Below, piece after piece: positions 49,277-58,457 of a stretch of 64,000 nucleotides of DNA. The position numbers were made by a program, and so were the translations under genes. Location of the stretch: the NCBI GenBank assembly GCA_965601925.1, contig OZ271854.1, positions 2,784,001 through 2,848,000 of the forward strand, in the 5' to 3' direction. Positions within the stretch are counted from its first letter, which is position 1. Each line of letters starts with the position of its first letter. Below the pieces are notes generated by a model. It was not told the origin of the DNA and searched no databases. It saw nothing but the letters and a program-made list of their open reading frames with translations. Source of the stretch: Alkalispirochaeta sp. (GTDB taxonomy: Bacteria; Spirochaetota; Spirochaetia; DSM-27196; Alkalispirochaetaceae).

Positions 49277-50224
49277 ATGAGTATGACGGAACGACGAACT
49301 ATCATCTTGGGCACCGGCGCGCTCGGAGCGATGTATGCGGAGCGATTTCATGCGGCCGGCCTTTCGGTCGCCTTGCTCGCCGAGGGTGATCGGGCGCGTA
49401 GACTCCGGAGCGAGGGCGTCCGTGTCAACGGCGTCGAGTTACGGCTCCCGGTCGTGGAGAGCGATACGACGAGGCCCACACTGCTCATCGTGGCGTTGAA
49501 GCACGGCCACCTCGATACGGCGCTCCCGATGATTCGGCGCGTTGTGGGGCCGGATACCGCAGTCTTATCGGTAATGAACGGTATCGACAGTGAGACTCAC
49601 ATCGCCCGGGCGATCGATGAGCCGATAGACGGGGGACGCGTGCTGCATTGTATGGTCGCGGGAATGGATGCCGTCCGCGACGGTCGCGAAATACGCTACA
49701 CCAGAATCGGCACGGTATTCATCGGCGAGCGGACCTCGCCGGAGGAGGGCGAACCGTCGCCGTACCTTGTCTCAGCGCAATCGGATCTGGATCGAGCCGG
49801 TATCCCTTGGAAGACGCCGCGCGATATCGAGCACGCGATGTGGAACAAGTTCATGCTCAACGTCGGGATCAACCAGTGGTCGGCGGTTTTGGGTGCGCCG
49901 TATCGCGTCTTTCACCGTGAGGAGAGTGCCCGTTCGCTCATGCGCGGCGCAATGCGGGAGGTGCTGACGATCGCTCGGCGACGCAACGTCGCCCTTTCGG
50001 ATGACGATCTGGAAGGATGGTTCGATGTCGTTGCGACCCTGGGGCCGGATAACAAAACGTCGATGCTTCAGGACGTCGAGGCGGGACGTAAGACCGAGGT
50101 CGAGATGTTTGCCGGCCGCGTCGTGGAGATGGGACGCGAGCTCGGCATCGCGACCCCGGTGAACCAGACCCTCCTCGACGCGTTGCACGCGATCGAGGCG
50201 GAGGGCCTGCGCGCGAGGCTATGA
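49277..50224 (+). CDS. panE: Ketopantoate reductase family protein
   Basis: 'GTGALG', 'SVMNGI', 'MWNKFMLN', 'TSMLQDV..GRKTEVE', 'TPVN'. Confidence 0.9.
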   Translation: MSMTERRTIILGTGALGAMYAERFHAAGLSVALLAEGDRARRLRSEGVRVNGVELRLPVVESDTTRPTLLIVALKHGHLDTALPMIRRVVGPDTAVLSVMNGIDSETHIARAIDEPIDGGRVLHCMVAGMDAVRDGREIRYTRIGTVFIGERTSPEEGEPSPYLVSAQSDLDRAGIPWKTPRDIEHAMWNKFMLNVGINQWSAVLGAPYRVFHREESARSLMRGAMREVLTIARRRNVALSDDDLEGWFDVVATLGPDNKTSMLQDVEAGRKTEVEMFAGRVVEMGRELGIATPVNQTLLDALHAIEAEGLRARL

Positions 50225-50486
50225 ATCGCCTACGCGATTCATCCTTCGGCGTAGTGTTTTATTCCCGCCGAGAGCAAGTCGGCAAGACCGGATGCGTAAC
50301 GGTTGTAGAACGCTGCGAACCGTTCGTCGGCTCTCGGCCACCTTTGTCAAGGTCTTTGATTTTCAACACCCCACGGGTTATACTCTTCATCAGTCCCACC
50401 AACTGCCGGACGCACGGGCCGGCGATCCATCTTGTTACTGTCGGACATGTGGACCGACTGCTCAATACTCTCAACGGAGGATGGCA

Positions 50487-51005
50487 ATGGCATTCAAAGT
50501 GACGGAAGGATTGGTATTTTTAACTGATTTGAGTAGTTTCGGTCGGTTGACTCGAGGAATGGCACTCGAGGAGCTGGCAGACCTCATGGAGCGATTCGGC
50601 GAGATTACCTACCGGCACGTGTCGGAGGGGGGCGGTGGAATCGTGAAGTACATTGGGGATTCCGCCTTGGGATACTTCCCCACGGAAAAGATTAATGCGG
50701 GTATCGGCGCTCTCTTGGCGATGCAGAAGGAGATCGAGACGGAACTCGATGTGAACGGACACCGAACCGGGGTTCGGATCGGCGCACATTACGGGCCCTT
50801 CGTGTTCGCTCCCATGCCACCGATCGAGCGGCCGGACATTCAAGGAGAGACGGTGAACATTGCCGCGACCTTGGGATCCGGGGGACAGTCGAAGCATCGG
50901 GACCGGTTCATTCTGACCCCGGAAGCGTTCCGCAAGCTCGATCCCGAAACCCGCACGCGATTCCATAAGTTTACCGAACCGATCGTGTACCTGGCGGAGC
51001 GCTAA
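50487..51005 (+). CDS. Stand-alone class III adenylate/guanylate cyclase domain protein
   Basis: 'TDLSSF', 'VKYIGDS', 'RIGAHYG', 'DIQGETVNIAA'; GGAGG RBS; promoter TTGATT(50356)-17-TATACT(50379). Confidence 0.82.
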   Translation: MAFKVTEGLVFLTDLSSFGRLTRGMALEELADLMERFGEITYRHVSEGGGGIVKYIGDSALGYFPTEKINAGIGALLAMQKEIETELDVNGHRTGVRIGAHYGPFVFAPMPPIERPDIQGETVNIAATLGSGGQSKHRDRFILTPEAFRKLDPETRTRFHKFTEPIVYLAER

Positions 51006-51116
51006 GGGGTCTTCTCCTTTTTGCGAGCGAGTCTTTCGGGCTCGTCGCGGCGGCCCGGGTGGTTGGGACTACACCCGGTGCCCTCCGGCGCGTACTCTTC
51101 CTAATGCCGTCCTGTT

Positions 51117-52148
51117 CTACCGCCTCCGCGCCGTGTAGAGAGTGTGCGTCGATGCGTCCGGTGGGTGAATCGCCCGGATGTCGTTGAAACCCGATGTCTG
51201 CAGCAGGTTCCTGATCTCCAATTCGGAGTAGCACTTCGCGCCGGAGATCAGGTAAAAGAAGAGGGAAAAACAGGCGGCGACCTCATCGACTCCATCATGG
51301 TCCCGCTCTTCGGAGGCGTTTTGGGTCTCCGCCGAGTCTTCGGCTAGGTCCCAGATGACGAGGGTGCCGCCGGGGACCATGCTTGCGGCTATTTTCGCAA
51401 GCACGTCGCCGGCGCTGTGGTCCGGTAGGTGGTGGATGATGTTGCCGAGAAATACGACGTCGTATTCCTTTTCCAGTGGCGTCGTGATGATATCGCCTTT
51501 GATATGGGTGACGAACCGATCGGTCGCGTACTCCTTGGAGACGGCTCGTGCCGCGTCGATGGTCGACGGCAGCTCCAGTACGTCGCATGCAAGGTGCGGG
51601 TTGTGTCCGCAGATGGCCGCCGAGTAGACGCCGTGGGAGCCCCCGACGTCCAACATGGCCGCTGCGGCAGACGGGACCGGTGTACTGGCGGCGATCCAAT
51701 CGGCGATAGGCCCGGCCGTTTCCGCCATGGCTCTCTGGTGAGTGAGGAGCTCGGCCTCGCCGGTCATAAGGTCGTACAGGTCGATCCGCCGGCCTTCCAG
51801 CAGAGCGTTTTCGAGGTGGGCGAGGGCTCGGAGTTGGACCCGGCAAAACGCTATCCAGTTGGTTAGCTGGAAGGAACCGCCCTCTACCAGAGCCGTCCGG
51901 CTGACTTCCGTCAGCTGATACCCGTCGTCGACCCGGCTCAGGTAGCCGGATGCGACGAGGACTCGTGCGAGACGCTGGAGCGCATCGGGATGGAGACCGG
52001 TTGCTTGTGCGAGCTGCTCGATGCCGCGGTTTCCGTCGGCAACGGCGGAGAAGAGGCCCGTCGAAGCCGCGGTGACGAGAGCCGTAGAGCGAACGGCCGG
52101 GATGATCGGGTCGGTCAGGGGGTTGGGTCGTACGGTCCGGTTTTTCAT
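51117..52148 (-). CDS. SAM-dependent O-methyltransferase with dimerisation domain
   Basis: N-terminal wHTH-like dimerisation region; 'LDVGGSHG', 'GDI', 'NIIH', 'PGGTLVI'. Confidence 0.9.
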   Translation of the reverse strand: MKNRTVRPNPLTDPIIPAVRSTALVTAASTGLFSAVADGNRGIEQLAQATGLHPDALQRLARVLVASGYLSRVDDGYQLTEVSRTALVEGGSFQLTNWIAFCRVQLRALAHLENALLEGRRIDLYDLMTGEAELLTHQRAMAETAGPIADWIAASTPVPSAAAAMLDVGGSHGVYSAAICGHNPHLACDVLELPSTIDAARAVSKEYATDRFVTHIKGDIITTPLEKEYDVVFLGNIIHHLPDHSAGDVLAKIAASMVPGGTLVIWDLAEDSAETQNASEERDHDGVDEVAACFSLFFYLISGAKCYSELEIRNLLQTSGFNDIRAIHPPDASTHTLYTARRR

Positions 52149-52515
52149 GTGATACCTCGCTGTTTCGAGTTTACGTTTTGCGGAGACGCCTACGGCGTCT
52201 TTTCAGTTTGAGCCGAATGGAAACTGGGAGACGAGTTGCGGAAGGTTTTCGTCCGTTAGGGCTGAGGGACGAAGCAGGTCGCAGATTGATGGGAGACATC
52301 AACAACGATGCGTGGCGGAGGAACTGTCTGCGCGCTGTGAGCGCGAAACGGGGGCTGAAGGAACCGGCGGCGCGTATCACGCGCCGCCGCCGGCTGCGAC
52401 GCCTACCGGCCGCGATGGCAGATACCGACCATCGTCCGAAGTCGAACGGAGCTTCTTACCAACGCTTCCCGGGTTGCTGTCGAGGGTCGCGCAAGGAGCG
52501 GTCTTTAGATGCGCT

Positions 52516-53721
52516 TCAACCGACTATCGATCCGTATACGACGCCGGCGGTCGTCGATAGCGTTACGACCAGGCCGATATAGATCACGGTTTTTCTCCAG
52601 CCCAGCTCACCGGATATCACCAGCATCGACGGCAACGAGAGCGACGGACCGGCCAATAGAAGCGCCAACGCGGGGCCGTTTCCCATCCCCGCACCGATAA
52701 GCCCTTGCATAATGGGAACCTCGGTCAAGGTGGCGAAGTACATCAGCGCACCGGCGATCGACGCGACCAGACTCGCCGCCGGAGCGTTGCCGCCGACGAG
52801 ATTCGCTATCCACTGCTCCGGAATCAACGCGGAATGTCCGGGACGTCCCAGAAGAAATCCGGCGACCATGACACCACCGAATAGGAGCGGCAGAATTTGC
52901 ACCGCGAAATCTCGCGTCGCGCGTACCCAATCGGCCAGCTCGGATCGCTTGAACCAGCGCTTGAGTGCGTATACGAGCACGAGCGCGAATGCGGCGACGA
53001 CGACGTACCGCACCCGATATACCAAGTCCCATCCATAGCTCGCGCGGTTCGACGGCGACCAGTTGATGAACACCAGGATACCTATCATGCTCGTCATGTA
53101 TACGGCCGTTTTCCCTACACCTCGCTCCGGCTTATCGTCGTGGGAGTGAAACATCGCGGCGTTGGTGACGCGTGCGGCATCTTCGTTTCGGAACATGACG
53201 TGCATGCAAAATCCGATCGCAATCGCAAACACCACCGCCCCGACTGCGCGCGCTATACCAAGTTGTACGCCGAGTACTTTCGTCGTGAGGATAACGGCTA
53301 AGACGTTGATTGCCGGACCCGAGTAGAGAAACGACACGGCCGGTCCGATTCCCGCCCCCTTTTTATAGATACCCTTGAAGATCGGGAGAACCGTACAGGA
53401 GCAGACCGCGAGGATCGCACCGGAGACCGATGCGACGCCGTATGCAACGCTCTTGTTCGCATCGGGCCCAAGATATCGGATGATCGATTGCCGATCGAGA
53501 AAGATCATAATCGCACCGGCTAAGAAAAAGGCCGGCACCAAGCACCATAGAACGTGCTCGCGCACATAGTCCGAGAGCATGAGAAACGATTCTTGAATAG
53601 CCGACGCGACCGGTTCGGACGTAAACGGTATGAAGTATGTTAACAGAAACACCCCGACCAGGAACGCGAGCGCTCTGTTTTTCCGTTCGGATAGGAAGCC
53701 CGCAACACTCCGAAAGGACAC
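52516..53721 (-). CDS. DUF318/ArsP-type permease
   Basis: 'CLVPAFF', 'LAVCSCTVLP', 'FLYSGPAIN', 'MYFATLTEVP', 'LAGPSLSLP'. Confidence 0.9.
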   Translation of the reverse strand: MSFRSVAGFLSERKNRALAFLVGVFLLTYFIPFTSEPVASAIQESFLMLSDYVREHVLWCLVPAFFLAGAIMIFLDRQSIIRYLGPDANKSVAYGVASVSGAILAVCSCTVLPIFKGIYKKGAGIGPAVSFLYSGPAINVLAVILTTKVLGVQLGIARAVGAVVFAIAIGFCMHVMFRNEDAARVTNAAMFHSHDDKPERGVGKTAVYMTSMIGILVFINWSPSNRASYGWDLVYRVRYVVVAAFALVLVYALKRWFKRSELADWVRATRDFAVQILPLLFGGVMVAGFLLGRPGHSALIPEQWIANLVGGNAPAASLVASIAGALMYFATLTEVPIMQGLIGAGMGNGPALALLLAGPSLSLPSMLVISGELGWRKTVIYIGLVVTLSTTAGVVYGSIVG

Positions 53722-53723
53722 GG

Positions 53724-53960
53724 TTATTCGCCCAGGATCAGCGCGACGATCTCGTCTACGGTTGGTACTTCGCCCGCCCTCTTGACCGTTCCGTCGATGG
53801 CTATCGCGGGAGTGATCATGACTCCCATGTTGAAGATCTCATCCGTATCCGTGATTTTGACCACCTGAGCCTCAACTCCCGCCGTTTCGACCGCAATCCT
53901 GGCATTGGTCTCTAGGGAACGACACTTCGTGCACGCTCCACCGAGAATTTGAATCGTCAT
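53724..53960 (-). CDS. Small thioredoxin-like redox-active disulfide protein
   Basis: 'IQILG..CTKC', 'GVMITPAIAIDG'. Confidence 0.9.
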   Translation of the reverse strand: MTIQILGGACTKCRSLETNARIAVETAGVEAQVVKITDTDEIFNMGVMITPAIAIDGTVKRAGEVPTVDEIVALILGE

Positions 53961-53996
53961 CTCCAGCCCCCTTTGCGTTGTAGTGCTATATCATTT

Positions 53997-54016
53997 ATTT
54001 GGCCATATAACCAAAT
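53997..54016. promoter_or_regulatory. Putative ArsR-family operator upstream of thioredoxin/permease
   Basis: ATTTGG-CCATATAA-CCAAAT; resembles the core of the site at 54392-54411. Confidence 0.65.
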
Positions 54017-54054
54017 TAATTTATGGATATGCCGCGCCTCCCGACGAAGACGGT

Positions 54055-54387
54055 CTATCTACCTGCAGGAGTCAACGCGGCGGTCTGCGATTCAATCTGC
54101 ATACGTAGGATCTTCTCGACACCGGCAAGCATGTCGCTGAGGCAATGACAGGCCAATGAATAGTAAATCGTCGTTCCCTCTTTTCGATCCTTCACGATGC
54201 CCGCCCGCTTGAGGATCGACAGATGCCGGGACACGGTCGACATATCGGCACCGATGAGCTCTGAGAGTTCGCATACACAATGGGCGGCCTCCTCGAGCTT
54301 TTCTACGATGAACACTCGTGAGGGGTGGCCGAGAGCCTTAAACACGACCGACACCGCGCGGCTTCTGTTTCGTTCCTTTTCCGTCAT
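54055..54387 (-). CDS. ArsR/SmtB family transcriptional regulator
   Basis: 'FKALGHPSR', 'HCVCEL', 'STVSRHLSILK.AGIV', 'YYSLACHC'. Confidence 0.94.
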   Translation of the reverse strand: MTEKERNRSRAVSVVFKALGHPSRVFIVEKLEEAAHCVCELSELIGADMSTVSRHLSILKRAGIVKDRKEGTTIYYSLACHCLSDMLAGVEKILRMQIESQTAALTPAGR

Positions 54388-54426
54388 GTCTATTTTGCAT
54401 TATAGCAAAATAGACACAGAAGTCAA
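54387..54426 (-). promoter_or_regulatory. arsR promoter with operator centred on the -10 box
   Basis: TTGACT(54426-54421)-16-TATAAT(54404-54399) with TG extension; perfect IR TGTCTATTTTGC-N6-GCAAAATAGACA (54387-54416). Confidence 0.8.
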
Positions 54427-54653
54427 TCACTCGTGCCGCCGGCGGCCGACGCTATCCTCGCACCGTGCGACTCGACGGTCCTCTCCGTCGGGGCCCCATA
54501 TCGGGCTGTGCGAGGCGAGGTGAGGCGAGGCGGAGCGACGGCGTCGCCGTCTACCGAGGGCTCTGTCAACGAGATCTCGATCGCCGCCTTCGTTTCGTGC
54601 GTGCGCACCGATGCGGATTTCTCGATGGTCGGATTTTTCTATAGTCTATAAAA

Positions 54654-55373
54654 ATGATATCGCTGAAACACAAAAGAATCGTAATTGTGGGAGCCTCCTC
54701 GGGTATAGGCAAAGCACTTGCCACAATCGCCTCCGCCCAGGGAGCGGTTGTCTACTTGATAAGTAGATCAAAGGAGAGGTTACTGAAGGTCCAACGGGAG
54801 TTGGCCGGCGAATCTCACATATTGAGCATGGATATGCTGAACGACGAGTCGGTAAACGAGACCTTTGAAGCAGTTGGCTCCTTCGACTTCCTGACATTCA
54901 CCGCCGTAGCGGATGAAACAAAACTGATGTCTCCGATCAGGTCGATGAGCAACGAGGTTGCTCGACGCGGTATGGAGAAGTTTTGGGGGACATTCAATGT
55001 AGCCAGAGCCTCAGCAAACTACATTGATCGAGATGGAGCCATGGTCTTCACAAGCAGTGTAGCCATCTATCGACCGTCAAAGAACGGCGCATCCATAATG
55101 AATGCAGCAAGTGCGGCGGTCGCGACATTCTCGAAAGCGTTGGCTTTGGAGATTGCTCCCGTACGGGTCAATGTCGTAGCTCCCGGAGTCGTCGCAACCG
55201 GAGTGTGGACCGAAGATGAGAGGGAACGCTACAAGGAGTGGGCCGCCGAAACGCTTCCGACCGGCCATCTGGGTTCCGCCGAGGAGTTAGCCGGCGCGTA
55301 TCTCTCGCTCCTGACCAATCCGTACATGACCGGAAGTGTCGTCACGGTAGATGGAGGGTTGACCCTGGTATGA
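54654..55373 (+). CDS. SDR family oxidoreductase (no YxxxK)
   Basis: 'GASSGIG', 'ALEIAPVRVNVVAPG', 'NPYMTG..VDGG'. Confidence 0.9.
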   Translation: MISLKHKRIVIVGASSGIGKALATIASAQGAVVYLISRSKERLLKVQRELAGESHILSMDMLNDESVNETFEAVGSFDFLTFTAVADETKLMSPIRSMSNEVARRGMEKFWGTFNVARASANYIDRDGAMVFTSSVAIYRPSKNGASIMNAASAAVATFSKALALEIAPVRVNVVAPGVVATGVWTEDERERYKEWAAETLPTGHLGSAEELAGAYLSLLTNPYMTGSVVTVDGGLTLV

Positions 55374-55427
55374 ACCTGAAAACATGAAGGCTCCGGTCGC
55401 GGCGGAACTCGGCGTGACGCAGTGCGT

Positions 55428-55994
55428 CTACCGTTTCCGAACGCGATAACGGGATTGGACGATACCGTGAACCGCGGTGAGGGAAAGAACTCTTGTCTCT
55501 ATGTGCTCTAAGGGTTGGTCATCGGGAAGCGGTCCGAACAGGGGAATGCCCTCGCCGATCAACACGGGAATGCGCGTCACCGTCAACTCGTCGATGAGTC
55601 CCGCGGCGAGAAACGATTGGACAACGAGCCCGCCGTCGACGTACACGTGGCGAATACCGTCCCGTTCCAGAAGGGCGAGTATCGATGCCGGGTCGGCGGA
55701 TGACGCTCTAACACGGTCCTGTAACTCCGGAGGAACCGTTACCGTTTTCGGCCTTCGGGACATCACGATCATCCTTCTGTTCTCGTACGGCCATACACCG
55801 AAGGCGAGAACCGTCTCGAAGGTCTTGCGCCCCGTGACCAGAGCGTCGACGGTGTCGAAGAACTCTGTGTATCCCGATCGATCCGCTTCTCCGTCCGCCT
55901 GCGTACCCTCGGTGAGCCAATCAAGAGACCCGTCCGGGCGCGCAATGAATCCGTCCATCGAGGTCGCGATAAATACGGAAGTCGATATGGCCAT
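55428..55994 (-). CDS. Dihydrofolate reductase family protein (RibD C-terminal type)
   Basis: 'IATSMDGFIA', 'GRKTFE', 'YVDGG', 'LIDEL', 'PVLIGEGIPLF'. Confidence 0.92.
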   Translation of the reverse strand: MAISTSVFIATSMDGFIARPDGSLDWLTEGTQADGEADRSGYTEFFDTVDALVTGRKTFETVLAFGVWPYENRRMIVMSRRPKTVTVPPELQDRVRASSADPASILALLERDGIRHVYVDGGLVVQSFLAAGLIDELTVTRIPVLIGEGIPLFGPLPDDQPLEHIETRVLSLTAVHGIVQSRYRVRKR

Positions 55995-56019
55995 AATCGG
56001 TACCCCTCCCCTTGTAATA

Positions 56020-56038
56020 TATTCTACGGTGTAGAATA
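56020..56038. promoter_or_regulatory. Putative TetR operator
   Basis: TATTCTAC-GGT-GTAGAATA between the divergent DHFR-like and TetR genes. Confidence 0.7.
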
Positions 56039-56132
56039 ATTAAGGAACAATGAATAGTCAAGACGATGGAGTAATGGAACGGTCGCGGCGCAGCCGAGCG
56101 GCTCATTACGGCGGCGGCATAGGCGCGGGTGC

Positions 56133-56717
56133 ATGACGAACAGGAAGCGGGGGAGACCGAAGAAAGGCGTGCCAGCGCTCAGTCGCGACGAGGTCGTCGA
56201 TCGTACGATGCGACTGGTTCTCGACACCGGACGCCCGGTGGGGATGCGTGAAATCGCGCGGACCCTCGGAGTGGATCCGATGGCGCTGTATCACTACTTT
56301 GCCGACAAAGGCGAACTATACGAGGCGCTTGTCTCTCGTTGTATCGACGACATCTATCGTCCGGTTCCGGGCTCCGATTGGCGGGTAGAGCTCCACGTGC
56401 TCATGACCAGTTATCTCGATCTTCTTGTACGCCATCGCGGGCTGCTCGAAACGGTGCTACGATTGGGATCGCGTGCAAAGGGACCGGCGGAGATATTCCG
56501 GCGCCGCTTCGAGACGGCGACGGGCGCTCTCGGCCTGAGCGCGGCGGACAGTTTCACGGCGATGAGCGCTGCGGTGGATTTCGTGCACGGATTCGTCGCC
56601 GCCCTCGAGTACGCGGAGGCGGGTGTCCTTGACGCCGAGGATGCGCAGGGGAGTATCGCGGTCATCATCGACGGAATCGCGGCGTTGTCCCGCCGCGCCA
56701 CGAGTACCGACGAGTAG
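56133..56717 (+). CDS. TetR family transcriptional regulator
   Basis: 'GRP..LSRDEVV', 'MREIARTLGVDPMALYHYFADK', TetR_C-like 'DWR..FVHGF'. Confidence 0.92.
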   Translation: MTNRKRGRPKKGVPALSRDEVVDRTMRLVLDTGRPVGMREIARTLGVDPMALYHYFADKGELYEALVSRCIDDIYRPVPGSDWRVELHVLMTSYLDLLVRHRGLLETVLRLGSRAKGPAEIFRRRFETATGALGLSAADSFTAMSAAVDFVHGFVAALEYAEAGVLDAEDAQGSIAVIIDGIAALSRRATSTDE

Positions 56718-56821
56718 GTGCCGTACCATGCGGCGCGAATGGTCTTTGCGACCGTGCCGTCGAGGCCGCATCGCCGAGCCTTCGCGTTGCTCGACGATAC
56801 GTCGGATCGCGGCGCCGACGG

Positions 56822-57637
56822 TCATATCACCGCGTTGCGCACCCGCGCCGTCATCCACTCGCTGAAGAGTACCGTTGCGAGGATCAATAGGAGCACGACC
56901 GCTACCTGACGCCACGCGAGGATGTTGATGGACGCCTGGAGCTGGAGCCCGATCCCCCCGGCGCCGACCAGGCCGAGGACCGTCGACTCTCTGATGTTGA
57001 TGTCCCAGCGGTAGACGGAAATCCCGGCGAACGCCGGCATCACCTGGGGAAGGACCGCGATCCGTAGCACTTGGAGCGGATGGGCGCCGGTCGATTGGAC
57101 CGCTTCCACCTGTGTCGGGTCGATCTCCTCGATCGCCTCATACAGGAGTTTACCCACGAAACCGACCGATCGGAGGGCGATCGCGATGACTCCGGCGAAG
57201 ACCCCGGGACCCACGATCGTCACCAACAGAAGCGCCCACGCCAACGAGTTGACCGAACGAGAGGCCACGATGAGAAAGAGCGCCACCGGTCTGAAAACGC
57301 CGCGGAGGGGAGACGTGTTACGTGCGGCGAGAAAGGCGATGGGGACCGCCAGCACGATGGCGACGAGGGTGCCGAAGGTCGCTATCAACAAAGTGTCCCA
57401 CAGAGGACGCCACAACTCACTGAGATACGACAGGCGCGGCGGTACCATGCGCGAGATGATCCCGGCGGCCTGGCGCGGCGCGTCCCACACAAAGGCCCAC
57501 AGCGTTGCGGCCGATATCACGCGCCAACTCGCAAAGAACACGACCAACAGCGCCGTACCCACCAGCCAGTGAATGAGTGAGTCGCGCCGGCTGTGCCGCC
57601 TCCATACGACCCCCGATTTTTCCTCGACTATCGGCAT
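56822..57637 (-). CDS. phnE: Phosphonate/phosphite/phosphate ABC permease
   Basis: 'GKLLYEAIEEID', 'YRWDINIRESTVLGLVGAGGIG'. Confidence 0.92.
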   Translation of the reverse strand: MPIVEEKSGVVWRRHSRRDSLIHWLVGTALLVVFFASWRVISAATLWAFVWDAPRQAAGIISRMVPPRLSYLSELWRPLWDTLLIATFGTLVAIVLAVPIAFLAARNTSPLRGVFRPVALFLIVASRSVNSLAWALLLVTIVGPGVFAGVIAIALRSVGFVGKLLYEAIEEIDPTQVEAVQSTGAHPLQVLRIAVLPQVMPAFAGISVYRWDINIRESTVLGLVGAGGIGLQLQASINILAWRQVAVVLLLILATVLFSEWMTARVRNAVI

Positions 57638-57647
57638 CGGTAGACCC

Positions 57648-58457
57648 TCACGTGATCCTCCTACGAATCATTCCCGACACATTTTCCGCCACCAGGACGA
57701 TCGCGATGATGATCAGCAGGATCGCCGCCGAGGTATCGTACTCGTAGCGCGCAAAGGATGTGTTGAGCGCCGCACCGATACCGCCGGCGCCGACGATACC
57801 GATGACGGCCGACTCGCGGAAGTTGATGTCGAGGCGGTACAATGAGAGCCCGACTAAGCGCGGCATCACCTGCGGCCGGACGGCGTAGGAGACGAGCTGC
57901 AGCCACCCGGCGCCGGTCGATCGAATCGCCTCCAACTGGACCTTGTCGATCTCCTCGATATCTTCCGCCAACAGCTTTGCGAGAAATCCGATACTCGCGA
58001 ACGTGAGGGTCATCACCCCCGCAAAGGGTCCGAATCCGAACATGACGACGAAGAGGATCGCGATGATCACCTCCTGGAAGGTCCGGGAGATCGTGATGAT
58101 TCCGCGGCACAGATAATAGACCGGCGGCGGCGCGATGTTCCTCGCCGCCCCCAAGGCGACGGGAATCGAGAGAACGATACCGAACACCGTCGAGACGGCC
58201 GTCATCGTCAGGCTCTCGAGGATGCCGTCGCGAATCACCCGTCCTCGAGATACGAAGTCGGGATGGGCGAACCCGGCGACAAAGCGCGCGGCGCGCTCCA
58301 TCCCGAGCATCACGCGCTCCCAGCGCACGTCGATGGAGTTAAGGCCCACGATGAGATAAGCGAGCGCCGCCGCCCATAGGAGATATCGTAACGAGCGACG
58401 TCTGATGATCCCCGGCGGCGTCCACACCCTGAGCTCCTCGATCGGTCGCTTATACAT
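57648..58457 (-). CDS. phnE: Phosphonate/phosphite/phosphate ABC permease
   Basis: '[12 protein letters not shown]', '[22 protein letters not shown]'. Confidence 0.92.
   Translation of the reverse strand: MYKRPIEELRVWTPPGIIRRRSLRYLLWAAALAYLIVGLNSIDVRWERVMLGMERAARFVAGFAHPDFVSRGRVIRDGILESLTMTAVSTVFGIVLSIPVALGAARNIAPPPVYYLCRGIITISRTFQEVIIAILFVVMFGFGPFAGVMTLTFASIGFLAKLLAEDIEEIDKVQLEAIRSTGAGWLQLVSYAVRPQVMPRLVGLSLYRLDINFRESAVIGIVGAGGIGAALNTSFARYEYDTSAAILLIIIAIVLVAENVSGMIRRRIT

Noticed and set aside
52440..52515. SAM-I riboswitch upstream of the methyltransferase (minus-strand ATC..GACCC..GCAACC)
   Set aside because: The GAGGGA kink-turn/pseudoknot element, GGTGC and closing GAT pairing are missing; only a fragmentary resemblance.
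30622..53721. Selenocysteine read-through in the DUF3179, MsrA or DUF318 genes
   Set aside because: All three frames are complete with Cys at the motif positions; no in-frame TGA interrupts them.
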